Source: Eledone cirrhosa
Taxonomy: Eukaryota
Reading direction: 5' to 3'
Length of the DNA stretch: 64,000 nt
NCBI GenBank assembly: GCA_964016885.1
Contig: OZ024742.1
Span: 338,086,001-338,150,000 of the forward strand
Below the pieces are notes generated by a model. That model saw only the letters and a list, made by a program, of their open reading frames with translations. It did not search any database and was not told the origin of the DNA. The translations under genes and the position numbers were made by a program. Positions 1-11,899 of the stretch are shown piece by piece. Position 1 is the stretch's first letter, and every line of letters begins with the position of its first letter.

Positions 1-1740
1 GTCACCTACATGACCACTTTACAGTGTGGACTGGGGTGGGTGGGTGAGGTTTAGAAACAAATTATGATGGAAGGGCTTAAAATAATTAGGAAGATTTTGA
101 AACTGTCATAGAGCCAAAGGCACTCTCATGTAGGTGGGTGTCAAAGAGGTTCCGGCAGTAAGTTGGTGGAGTTTTATGCAATGACAAATATTGGTTATAA
201 ACAAACATAGAAATGTTTTTTGATCCAAACACTTCAGGAAAGTGTTGTGTGGAAATGCTGTAGTATGGCCTGAAGTAGTGTCATACTGTAAGTGTGAAAT
301 GTCTGTGACCCCATTTACTTGTAGCCATCTTGTGGTATAGGGTTGCCTGGCCAATTGGCATTTTTATCAGGTGATGTATTTAAATATATAGGATAGGGAA
401 GACTTTTCAATCTTGCCAAGTAAATGAGATCCCCTTTAGTGCTAGTGCCACAATAAAATGCACCCAGTACACTCTGTAAGTTGATAGTGTTAGTGCAACA
501 ATAAAACGCACCCAATACACTGTTAAGCAGTAATGCTGGTGCCATGGTTAAATGCACCCATACACTCAAATTGGTAGTACTGGTTTCATGATAAAATGCA
601 CCCAGTACACTCTGTAAATTGGTAGTACTGGTTCCATCATAAGATGGTTGGCATCAGGAAGAACATCTAGCCATAGAATCTGTCAAAATAAGGAACGTAT
701 GAGCAAGATGTAGACTCTTTGACACATGATTAAATGACTGGCACAATTGTTAGTCATATATGCCTTGATCTGATCAATGAAGCATGAAAACATTTCTAAT
801 TTAGTTTATAAAATTCTGTTGTTTTAATTAGTTTGTAATTTTATTGTTTTAATTAAAGCTTGTAATTCTATTGTTTTAATTAAAGTTTCTAATTTTATTG
901 CAGTCATTTATAACAGTTCTAGAAGAAGATTGTGAAAACAAGCAGAAGTCAAAAGATAAACACAAAGTGTTACAGTATCCTTTTGTTTAGAGTGTGTGAA
1001 TGGTGACTGCATAGAATAGAGAGGACTCTTTAATCTTGTTAAGAACCTGACATCCTTTCTAGTACTGGAGCCATTCTATAAAGTAGTTGGTGATTGATCA
1101 CTGTAGAGAGGACTCCTTGGTCTTGTTAAATGACAACCTCTCTAGTGCTGGTGCCATCATAAAATGAACACAGTAGATTCTGTAAAGTGGTTGTTGACAG
1201 ACCATAAACAATATAATTTGATGAACCAATTTGACAATTTTGCATAATTTTATACAAATTACTGTATATACTTGTGTATTTGTCAAGAAATATGTAACAA
1301 AGGAAAATGATGATAAAGTGGTGAGCAGTCTTATATTCGAGGTCAATAGTAGTTGTACTGGCGTTACACAGTACTACAGAAGTCCTCACATCCCATGGGT
1401 ACAAGCCGAAGCTGAAGCATATAGACAATATGCCACCCCATCCCCCTCCCACTGCAAAGTAGTTGTGGATGTGTCATGATGAAAAAACACCCAGCCCACA
1501 CTGTAAAGTAGTCGTGTAGGTGCCATAGCTTAGCTTATATTTGTATTGACTTATATACAAGTATATACTAAAAAGAAGAGTAATTATTGTATTCATGGAT
1601 AGTTAAAAGCTTGTTAACTTTGTGTATAAGTGAAAGCTGAAAGCGTGGAGACATTGTATTAACCGACTTAATCCTTTTGATACCAAACTGCCTGAAGCTG
1701 TCCCTTGTTCTACAATATAAAACTATTTGTTTTAAAGTGT

Positions 1741-4700
1741 ATCATCATCATCATCATCATCATCATCAACGTTTAACGTCCGTGTTCCACGCTTGCATGG
1801 GTTTGGACGGGGGTAGTTCCACTTGAGGCAAGAGTGATTGTCTTGCTCGCATAGGACTGTCTGGCAGGTTTTCTACAGTTGGATGCCCTTCCTAACACCA
1901 ACCACATTTACAGTGTGGGTCTGGGAGGTTTTTACCGTGTTGCCTACACGGCCACATTACAGCGTGGACTGTGTGTTTTTTTGTCGTGACACCTACACGA
2001 TCTCATTTGTTTCGGCCTGGATGGCGCGGCACCAACATAACTTTACATAGAACGGGGTGGTGTGGATGGGGTGGGGGTGGTGGCGGGACGGGGTGTATTT
2101 TGTTAGAGATGCCTACTGGCAAGGCGGGTCTTCTCTGTTACTGAGTACCGCCAAAGGTCTCGGTCCAGTGACATTGTCTTGGAGAGGTGTAAGTGTGTGA
2201 GGTCGGAGTTTATCAGCTCATCCCAGGTTTTTCTAGGTCTGCCTATTCCGTAGCTACCGTCTATCTTTATTGCCCTGCACTTTGTTATACAGCTATCGAC
2301 TTTCATGCGCATCACGTGTCCATACCAACGCAGCCTTCTCTCGAGTAAACAACATCTGATCCCTCTTATCTCTAATTTTTTCCTTAGTTCGTTTATGCTT
2401 TGCCGTTCACGTATATTACTGTTACACATCCAGCGGAGCATGCAAGCTTCGTTCCTCTCTAGTCTGCGTATATCCTCTGCACACAATGCCCAGGTCTCAC
2501 TACCATGCAACATTGCTGTTCGTATGCAGGCATCGTACAACCTGCCTTTCATTTTTAGGGAGAACCCTTTAGCAGCTAATAGTGGTATAAGCTCTCTGAA
2601 CTTTTTCCAACCAGTTCTGACTCTAGCTACAGTACTTTCAGAGCACCCTCCCCCACTGCTGATTTTATCGCCCAGGTAACGGAAGCTGTCCACTATTTCT
2701 ATAGAACCCTCTGCGCAATTGAAAGAGCTAGTATTTTGTGGGCACTTGCTGCTACTTATTGCACCAGAACACCGGCCACATGTAAAATCTATGTTCTTAG
2801 TTAGCTTACCTGTGATCCCACTACATCTTTTATGCACCCATACTTTGCATTTAGGACATAAAATGGAGTTTCTACCTACGCCTTTCCTACACACCGAACA
2901 CGACCATTTCCCAGAAGGGACCGCCGCCTTGTTTTCTTTCCTACAAACTAGAACTTTGGTCTTAGCCAGGTTAATTTTAAGTCCTTTTGACTCTAGGCCG
3001 TGCTTCCATGTTTGGAATTTCTTCTCTAGCTCGGCCATTGATTCCGCTATGAGTGTCAGGTCGTCTGCGTATAGGAGTTCCCATGGGCAGCCTGTCTTGA
3101 ACTCCTCTGTTATAGCCTGAAGGGCAATAATAAATAGTAGGGGGCTGAGAACAGAGCCCTGATGGACGCCAACTTTTACGCTAAACTCTTCACTATATTC
3201 GTTGTTAATTCTAACCTTGCTGACTGTTTCTTTATACATGGCTTGTATAGCCCTCACAAGCCATTCGTCAACGCCTAGTTTTCTAAGAGCCCACCAGATA
3301 ATGGAGCGGGGGACTCTGTCGAAGGCTTTCTCCAGGTCGACAAAAGCTAAGTAGAGGGGTTTACCTTTAGCTAGGTACTTCTCCTGTAGTTGTCGTACTA
3401 TGAAAAGAGCGTCTGTGGTGCTTTTGCCTGACACAAACCCGAACTGCATTTCATCTAGGTCAATTCTCTCTCTGATTAGTTGCGCTATTACTTTTTCCGT
3501 GACCTTCATGACCTGGTCGATTAATTTAATGCCTCTATAGCTACTCCTATCTAGGGCGTCTCCTTTACCCTTATAACAGTTAACGATGATGCTGCTATGC
3601 CAGTCCTTCGGAACAACCCCATTCTGTACGACTTGGTTAACTATGCAGGTGACCATGGTGTGTCCCACCGTGCCAGATGCCTTCAGCATCTCAGCAACTA
3701 CTTCCGAAGGCCCAGCCGCCTTACCCGTCTTCATATCCTTGATTGCCTTACTTATTATACTCCCCTCGACTAACACTGCTGGTCCCTCTATCGGGTCGAT
3801 ATGGGGGAGACTGTCTTTCTCCCATTTATTCTCCTCATTTAGTAGTCTTTCATAGTGACACTTCCAAGCTACCTTCTTATCAGTGTCGGTGATGGCAAGT
3901 ATGCCATCATCGTTAAGTACACACTTCTCCCCGACAATATCACGGTTTTCCTTGACGCATTGCCTAGCAATCCTGAACACCTCACGTTTTTGGTCATCGC
4001 GTTGTAGAACATGCTTGAACTTTCTTTCCTCAGCTTCCCTTCTTGCTAAGTACACTTCTCTCCTAGCTTCCCTCCTGGCCACTTGATAGTCTACTCTACT
4101 TCCCCCATCCCGCCATACTTTCCAAGCCTGCTTTTTGGCCTTAATTGACCCCTTCACCCTACTGTTCCACCACCATGTTACTCTCCTCCTGCCTACAGGC
4201 CTGCTCCAGCCACAGACTTCGTCTGTCGCCAACAGCAGGTTTGCTTTCAGAAATTCCCACTGTCCCTCTATATTGTCCGATTCTAGATGCTCTTCCTTAC
4301 TGTCGAAAGCATCAAGTAATATGCTTTGAAATTTATTTCTGGCTGTGGGGTCCTTTAGTTTCCATATTTTCCTCCTGAGGATAGTCCTCTTCTGCTGTCG
4401 AGTACGTCTCGTCCTGACTATGAGGTCGCTAATTATCAGTCTATGTTGGGAGGTGCATTCTTCATGGGGGAGGGATTTAGTGTTTACAACAGACACTCTG
4501 TCACGTCTTCTGGTAAGGATATAATCTACCTGGCTTGTGTGTTCCCCGGATCTATAGGTGATCAGGTGATTGTCACGTTTTTTGAAGTTAGTGTTACAGA
4601 TAGTTAGGTTATTTGCATCACAGAATTCCAGGATTCTGGAGCCTTCCTCATTTCTAGTACCAAACCCATAGCCTCCATGGATTTCGTCGTAGCCGTGACA

Positions 4701-5858
4701 ATGTTGTCCAACGTGACCATTTAGGTCGCCTGCAATAATTATATAGTCACTGTCAGATATTTGGGAGGTAGTTAGCAACAGTGTCTCATAGAATCTGTCT
4801 TTTATAGTGCCGGGCAGTCCGGATTGGGGTGCGTACGCAGATATTACTGTCACCGTAGTTCTATTGAGGACAAGTCGTATTTTAATTATTCTGTCGTTCA
4901 CTCTATTTACGTCTATTATCTTATCTGCCCACTTTTCTGCTACCATGATTCCTACTCCACCCAGCCCATCGTCGTTTCCCACCCAGAAAAGCTTATAACA
5001 TCGTTTTTTACCCTCAATGAATCTAGCAGACCCACCCCTCCACCTGTTCTCTTGAATACAACAAACATCGACCTCCTTACGTTCAAGCATTTCTACAACC
5101 TCGTTAGCGCGACCCTTTAGGGTGCCTACATTTATGGTACCAACTCTGAAGTTTTGGGTTGCGTTTGGAGGGTGGGGGTGGTGGGGGCGGGGGGAGATAG
5201 GGTTATGTTAGCCATCCGCGGACGAAACAAAGAGGAGTGCTCGCATTCTCGTCCACGAGGTGAATTTGACTTTAACTTTGGCATTTTCGCTCTGAGCGTC
5301 CAGATTTTTCTCTCCCTTCCACTCTCCAGGATTCCGCAGTCCGTCCATCCGTCCATCCATCCATCATATATCGAAGGCAACCGGGCAAGCGATAGTATAG
5401 GCCTCTGGCTTATGATTGGTCCGCGTAATACTAATAATGGTGATGCGTGGGGGTGGGGGGCTCTGGCTTATAATAATAATGGTGATGCGTGGGGGGGGGG
5501 CTCTGGCTTATGATTGGTCCACGTATTAAGTATGGTGGTGTGTGGGGGCGGGTGGGAGGGGTGTGGGGTAGCTAGCTGGAAGGTTATGAATGTTTAACAA
5601 GCGATTTAACAAAAAGCAAAACTGCAAGATTTGTTCTGTTCAATACGACAAAAACACCGTATTTAAACCTTAAATAGATAACAAAAAATACAGATTTCGG
5701 ATTTTGCGAGATTGGATGTTTGGACTATGTACGAAATTGAGCGTGGAATAGATAGAGAAAAATTTGTACTTTACGATTTACATGAGTACACCGTAGTAGG
5801 AATAATTGAAGCAGCGATGGATTGGCGAAAGTGAATAAACATGAAGGAGAACTTATCT

Positions 5859-5899
<41 letters not shown>

Positions 5900-6060
5900 A
5901 GCTAAGAGAGAGAGAGGGGGGAAGGGGAAGAGAGAGAGAGGGGAAAGGGAAGAAAGAGAGAGGGGAAGGGGGAGAGAGATTGTGGCTGACCGCAGCCCCT
6001 CGTGGAGTAGCTGGAGGGTGGAGGGCGTAGAGCGGATTTTTTGACTTTCAAGTAGCATAA
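1741..6060 (-). mobile_element. RTE-clade LINE copy A, near full length (5' UTR, APE-RT ORF, 3' UTR, (ATG)n tail)
   Basis: (CAT)n tail at 1741-1767, 3' UTR shared with copies B-D, intact ORF, ~0.85 kb upstream region; TTTAAAGT at 1731-1738 and 6069-6076 is a candidate target-site duplication. Confidence 0.93.
2103..5090 (-). CDS. APE endonuclease + reverse transcriptase with inserted PHD finger (frame stays open upstream to 5207)
   Basis: APE motifs QE, YAP, GDLNGH, DYIL, SQH; RT motifs [34 protein letters not shown]; RTE C-terminal RRLRWYGHV and GRPRKTW. Confidence 0.95.
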   Translation of the reverse strand: MLERKEVDVCCIQENRWRGGSARFIEGKKRCYKLFWVGNDDGLGGVGIMVAEKWADKIIDVNRVNDRIIKIRLVLNRTTVTVISAYAPQSGLPGTIKDRFYETLLLTTSQISDSDYIIIAGDLNGHVGQHCHGYDEIHGGYGFGTRNEEGSRILEFCDANNLTICNTNFKKRDNHLITYRSGEHTSQVDYILTRRRDRVSVVNTKSLPHEECTSQHRLIISDLIVRTRRTRQQKRTILRRKIWKLKDPTARNKFQSILLDAFDSKEEHLESDNIEGQWEFLKANLLLATDEVCGWSRPVGRRRVTWWWNSRVKGSIKAKKQAWKVWRDGGSRVDYQVARREARREVYLARREAEERKFKHVLQRDDQKREVFRIARQCVKENRDIVGEKCVLNDDGILAITDTDKKVAWKCHYERLLNEENKWEKDSLPHIDPIEGPAVLVEGSIISKAIKDMKTGKAAGPSEVVAEMLKASGTVGHTMVTCIVNQVVQNGVVPKDWHSSIIVNCYKGKGDALDRSSYRGIKLIDQVMKVTEKVIAQLIRERIDLDEMQFGFVSGKSTTDALFIVRQLQEKYLAKGKPLYLAFVDLEKAFDRVPRSIIWWALRKLGVDEWLVRAIQAMYKETVSKVRINNEYSEEFSVKVGVHQGSVLSPLLFIIALQAITEEFKTGCPWELLYADDLTLIAESMAELEKKFQTWKHGLESKGLKINLAKTKVLVCRKENKAAVPSGKWSCSVCRKGVGRNSILCPKCKVWVHKRCSGITGKLTKNIDFTCGRCSGAISSSKCPQNTSSFNCAEGSIEIVDSFRYLGDKISSGGGCSESTVARVRTGWKKFRELIPLLAAKGFSLKMKGRLYDACIRTAMLHGSETWALCAEDIRRLERNEACMLRWMCNSNIRERQSINELRKKLEIRGIRCCLLERRLRWYGHVMRMKVDSCITKCRAIKIDGSYGIGRPRKTWDELINSDLTHLHLSKTMSLDRDLWRYSVTEKTRLASRHL

Positions 6061-6703
6061 TATATATATTTAAAGTAATTTATAAGAAGTAGAATGGGAA
6101 GGATTTTGTTTTTTTTGTATATTGTCTAAAAACCTTCCATCATAAATTTATGTAAGGGACTTTTTTAATACATGTTCCAAACACCAGATAATTGAGTTAT
6201 GTATTTAAATTCTTGACTATTTTCAAAATTATTTGAAAATTATAGGCAGTGTTTTTCATAAGGAATATGGTAACAAAAGGGTTAAACGGTCTATCATTTA
6301 CTTTGTATACAAGGGAGAAGTGGAAGTAGTGTACAGACCCTGGACTAACCAACCTAAACATTATTGGACTTCAGTGTCAGGTAGAATTTCCAGTTTTATT
6401 TGTGATTTCCTTAACATTTTAACAAGAGCACGTTTTATTCAAGCTATCTCAGAATTACAGTTCCTAGGCTTCATCAAGCCCACACGTCAAAAGACTGATC
6501 ATGTTGCTCGTTTAACTTGGGGTGGGTGTTGATTGCTAAAATATAGCAACTTTCTTCACTCAGGCAGATTGTTTCTACTTATAATTAGTAAAATTCAATA
6601 AATTTAGAAATGTATTTGTTTTCATTACGCTGTTATGAATATGGTGAGTGCCATAGACTGAAAGGGAAGTTGTTGGTGAGTTGTGATGACTTGATAAGTA
6701 TTG

Positions 6704-7320
6704 CTGCCATGATAAAATGTACTTGATACACTGTAAAGTGGTAATACCGGTGCCATGATAAAATATACTCAGTATACTCTGTAAAGAGGTAAAACTCGTG
6801 CTATGATAAAATGTACTTGGTACACTCTGTAAAGAGGTAAAACTCGTGCTATGATAAAATGTACTTGGTACACTCTGTAAAGAGGTAAAACTCGTGCTAT
6901 GATAAAATGTACTTGGTACACTCTGTAAAGTGGTAATACTGGTGCTATGATAAAATGTACTTGGTACACTCTGTAAAGTGGTAATACTGGTGCTATGATA
7001 AAATGTACTTGGTACACTCTGTAAAGTGGTAATACTGGTGCCATGATAAAATATACTCAGTATACTCTGTAAAGAGGTAAAACTCGTGCTATGATAAAAT
7101 GTACTTGGTACACTCTGTAAAGTGGTAATACTGGTGCTATGATAAAATGTACTTGGTACACTCTGTAAAGTGGTAATACTGGTGCTATGATAAAATGTAC
7201 TTGGTACACTCTGTAAAGTGGTAATACTGGTGCTATGATAAAATGTACTTGGTACACTCTGTAACAAGTGGTGATACTGGTGCTATGATAAAATGTACTC
7301 GGTACACTGTAACAGGTGGT
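6704..7320 (+). repeat. 48-bp minisatellite, about 13 units
   Basis: Unit GTGCTATGATAAAATGTACTTGGTACACTCTGTAAAGTGGTAATACTG; 16-aa periodicity in the ORF track. Confidence 0.95.
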
Positions 7321-8124
7321 GATCAAATGACTAGAATAGAGAGAACTCTTCAGTCTTGCCAAGTATGTGACAAACTCTTTAGTCCTGGTATCACAATATA
7401 ATGCCTCCAGTACACTCTGGAAAGAGTTAGTGCTGGTGCTATTTATAAAATACACCCAGTACACTTTGTAAAGTGGTCGTGTCAGGGCCCTTATAAAATG
7501 CACTCAATACAGTCTATAAAGAGGTTAGCATTATGAAGGTCATCCAGCTGTAGAAACCATGCAAATATGAAATATATGAGCAAGATGTGATTCTCTGATC
7601 ATGATGATTAGACAAAATTGTGAAGGAGAGTTTTGATTTAATGATTATAACATTGTTTTGTAAAGATTTTATTATCAGTATTACATCAACCATAAGATAC
7701 ACTACAACTATAAATGAAAGTAATGGAACAAATGTTTTATTTTATCTTTTATCCTTAGATATTGTTTGTATATATATATGTTGGTATGTGTGGGAAAAGA
7801 TAGAACGTTGTCTGTGTTAAGAGTATTGGTAAGAGGTTTGATAAAGAAGGGGGGTGACAATAACATCCATACATACACTGCCCCAGGTGGAGAAATATAC
7901 ACACAGACAGAATGAATGTTGATATATCAACTGGTGAAAAAGGACTTAAACATAGCTTAAAGAGGGAGCAGAATGTTAGAGATTATTGAGAGATGTAAAA
8001 GGACTGATGATTCAGCAGGAGATAACATTTAATATAGAAAAGGGGTCAAAACCTTAGTAGGACATGATGGAAAGGTGTTACATGGAACAGAGAGTAAATT
8101 TAGAACTGAAAGAATGGTATAGAA

Positions 8125-8972
8125 CAGCGGTTCCCAACCTTTTATAATAAATTCCACCTTAATGATATAGCAAAACAGTATGGCCCCCCCAAAAAAAGAA
8201 TTAAAATTTTTGATATAATTTTTTATGTAGAAATAATTTCGGCATGTCTTTTTATTTCAATCAAATCATTTTAAATTTATTATAAACCCTTTTTCGACAA
8301 AAAACATTAAAATAAGAACATATTATTTAATTTCAAAATACAAATTAATGAGATTTCTGATTTCCTTTTAAAAAAAGATTCATCTCTTCCAAGTAGTTCA
8401 GGGTGACATTTTGAAAGATGTAATTTGAGCTTAGAAGGCCTCATAGTCATTTCCCAGTACCTTGAAACAAGTTACACATTGAGGCAAATCAATATTGTTC
8501 TTTTGCATGCAAACAAATCCCATTTGAAGATATGTATCATCATACTTTCTTTTTTTTCTGTTTTTCTGACATTGAGAAATTCACTAAAATAAATAAAAAA
8601 GAGTTTCTATATCCAGTTTTAAATGATAAATTTACTAAAATAAATAATCAAAAGTACTTCAAAATAGTCAGTAATTTTGTCAATGAGAAATTTACTAAAA
8701 TAAATAATATATATCCTGTTATAAAAATAAGTTTATTTACTAAAACATAAATTGTTATATCCAGATTTAAATAATTATCAAGTGAAGTAAAATCATAATT
8801 AGCAAAGGTAGAAAGTTGATAAAAAGTTGAATATTAAAAATTTGAAGCAAGAAAAAGAAAAAAAATCGTTGGGAAACTACTCTTATTTTTTATGTATTAA
8901 ATTTTGTGATTTTTAGTTAATTCCCGTGGCTCCCCCAATAACTTGCCATGGCCCCCTGGTTGGGAACCAATG
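8125..8972. mobile_element. Non-autonomous hAT (Charlie-like) DNA transposon
   Basis: TIRs CAGCGGTTCCCAACC / GGTTGGGAACCAATG; 8-bp flanks GTATAGAA / GTTTAGAA resemble the Charlie-type NTCTAGAN target. Confidence 0.85.
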
Positions 8973-10229
8973 GTTTAGAACATCCCATCATGCTTCACCA
9001 TTATATGATGTGTTTGCTAGAGATACAATATATCTGTTAAAGAAGGTGTTATTGAAGAGTAGATTTGGTTAGATCTGTAAAGAGGGAGGTGAATCATAAA
9101 TGATGTTAAAAGAGGTGATGGTGCAGTGGGTAAGATAGGAAGAAAACAATGAACTGATCTTTTCCTCAATTCTTCTTACATAAATGATATTCCTCAAGAT
9201 GTTCTCCATATTCTCTACAAGAACTATGGCTACAGTTGAAGCCTGTTTCACCATTGCTCTATACAAATTGCAGATTTAGTCTCTTAGCTTTGTTGGTATT
9301 TGAATTCCAGGGATAAAATTCTCAATATGGGATCTATCTAGAATGATAAATATACAATCTGATATAGTCCCACCCTTGCAAGCAGGGAAAAGCGGACGTA
9401 AAATGATGATGATAGTATATTTAGTTAGAAATCTAGGAACCAAACAGTTCATTGGAAATAGTCTGTTTTATTTATTTTCCATAGAATATCAAGGGCAGTG
9501 CCCCAGCATGGCGTCAGCCGGATGGCTGGTACAGGTAAAAGAGTAATGTGTAAAATACATTTGCTGAAAATGATAAATATTATGTCCTCAACAGGGATAT
9601 CTTACATTACTCTGTGGTACCAAATAACAGGGTTAAATTGGTAATTTTTCTAAGTTGTCTCCCTTCATTTTTTTAAAAACCAGAATTAGTTGTTTAGTTT
9701 ATATATTGAGACCCTAACCCAACCTATTTATTTTATAACATGGGATTTCTAGTAATGTACTTTTTTGACATGCATAAGGTATCTTATTGTCTGCTGTTGA
9801 TGCTTATTTTCAGCTGAGTGAAGTGTAGCAGTGAGAAATGAAGTGTATTGCTTAAGAACACAATGCACCAGCTAATGTCAGAATTGAACCCACAACCTTA
9901 TGATTGTGAATTCAACATGTTAACCACTATGCCACTTTTCACAAATCTATTGAGGAACAGATGGGAACTTTTTATATTTCAGTTACTTTCAAAACTGAAC
10001 ATTCCATTGAACAATAAATAACTTGATTGATACTTGAGAAACAAAATAGAAAATAATTCTCTGAAGCCTCACATGGAAAGATTGAAGGACCTTGTTAATT
10101 ACCTGATGCTAAATCACCACAGCCACTATTTTCTTTAGTTACTTTCTCAGAACTAAATCAACTATTGCCAAAAAATTATATGTTATTCAGCTGCTTCAAT
10201 CTCCAATTAATGGCTCTTTTTCACTTATA

Positions 10230-10870
10230 CAGGGTTGCTCAGTACTTTGAGAACATTTGTATGAACTTAGTAAAAGACACATAAGTCACGAAAGAGGAGG
10301 TTTATTTTAGAAAGAATTGTCATGATGACACATCTACTCAATAAATCTGTCGTTAGCATTGGTGACTGCTTTAATATGACGTCTGAAACGTTGATATGAC
10401 AACCAGATGCTCTTTATCTATTTCGAACATTGTGTTAGTTATGGCTGACTTCAGAGATTTTGTGTTATGAGGGCATTGATTGACTTTCCTCTTCACTACA
10501 CCCATACGTAGTAGTCCAATGAATTAGGTCTAGAGAGCTAGGCTTTATATTTGAGGTGACATGATCGTAGAGATTGTAATTCATCCATTTTGAGGTTGCA
10601 TTGGTCTTATGAGATGGTGCAGTCTTGTTGCTCATGGTCTCAATCCAAGGTCTCACAAACCTCTCCAACATCCCTTTATTGCCAGCCACATTAACCCTTA
10701 AGTTCTGAGAAAAGAAGTGAGAAGGCATGATATCTCCCAGAACCATCACAGTTGCTGGAAAGTTTGTGTGCATGATAGTTGGAACATCTTTAGGGTCTCT
10801 GCATAACCACTTGTCATTCTTTCGGTTAACTTTTTGATCTACTGCACAAAATTCCTTGTCGGACAACAAA
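10230..10870 (-). pseudogene. Degraded Tc1/mariner-superfamily transposase (possibly DD37D/maT-like)
   Basis: ORF 10465-10869 with SDKEF..DQKVNRKNDKWL, FPATVMVLG, APSH; TA-CAGGGT terminus at 10228. Confidence 0.7.
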
Positions 10871-11724
10871 GATCAAGAAAGCACCAAAAACACTACACTT
10901 TTTAAGCAGTGGTAAATGTTGAGAACTGGTAATTCTAATCCAGACTCATTGTGGTATGCTTTAGCTAAAGATGGGTAGCAATCTATTTGCAATAAATATG
11001 GGCATTTACACTTGTGCTTCATATATTGAAGTTGAAAGATTCCTATCTGTTGCTTTTCGTAAAAACAGCAATAAACTAATCTACCTATTGCTGAAGCAAT
11101 CACACACAGTGGAAGGATTAGTAAATTACCAATAAACACTAATAATTGAAGAATCTTTTGTTTGGCAATTTTTCTAATGCTAGATTCCCTTCCAACACCA
11201 ACCTCTTTACAGCGTGTACTGGGTGTATTTTAGCATGGCGCAAGTACGAGAGATGTTACTGAAATAGTCAGAATGGACGAATTAGCGGGCCAGTAAGGGA
11301 GAGAGTCGTTGAAGCGAAAGACAAAATGCTTTGCAGTATTTGTTCCGTCTCTCTGTGCTCTGAGTCTTTGTCGTTCATTGTTTTAGGGATCGAAAAAAAT
11401 GTAACAGATTGAGAGAACTCTTACAGCGTCCGACAAGAAGATATTGTGATATTTGTACATGCACTTTGCGTCCTTAAGTAGACAATGTATCGCCCAGTTT
11501 AACAATATCGCTTAGTCTTTTGAGTGCCTTTAGTCGGAGTTCACTCAAACCACTGTCTAAAACTTGCTATAAACATATTGATACATTATTTACATTTCAT
11601 TATATTTGAACTCCAGAAAAACTATGCTGTAATACAAATTCTAGTTAGTCACTGCAGTTATTAATAATTTAATGGAGGGATGTAATGAGAGTTATCTTCT
11701 CTTAGGTGTGAGTTTTTATACAGG

Positions 11725-11825
11725 ATGTACACATGCGCAGAAATTCTGCTCACTGCTTCCGTCTTAATGTATTTTTCGATTATCTAAGTCATTATAATAT
11801 TGTAAACGGTATTGTTTTTGTAAGT
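11725..11825 (+). promoter_or_regulatory. Candidate promoter, non-coding first exon and splice donor, possibly of the zinc-finger gene
   Basis: CATGCGCAG (NRF1-like) and CTTCCG (ETS-like) in a locally CpG-richer stretch, then GTAAGT at 11820-11825. Confidence 0.35.
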
Positions 11826-11899
11826 ATTAGAGCGAATTTATTACGTCTTAATATTGTAGACTTTCTTCGACAAAATACAAAACACTATCTCATCTATCT

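Larger units (their letters stand above)
1668..6285. mobile_element. piggyBac-like MITE (~290 bp) split by RTE copy A
   Basis: Left end TTAA-TCCTTTTGATACCA (1668) and right end TGGTAACAAAAGGG-TTAA (to 6285) are inverted and TTAA-flanked; the two halves match the uninterrupted copy at 31372-31631. Confidence 0.7.

Noticed and set aside
1838-2050. Recurrent [12 protein letters not shown]
   Set aside because: Antisense to the 3' UTR, starts at TTG and is broken in older copies
2305-5120. Antisense ORFs repeated in each RTE copy
   Set aside because: Shadows of the RT frame, recurring only because the copies are near identical
6575-7503. CRISPR-like array or repetitive protein ORFs
   Set aside because: Units are contiguous with no unique spacers, there are no cas genes, the DNA is eukaryotic, and the ORFs only reflect a 48-bp period
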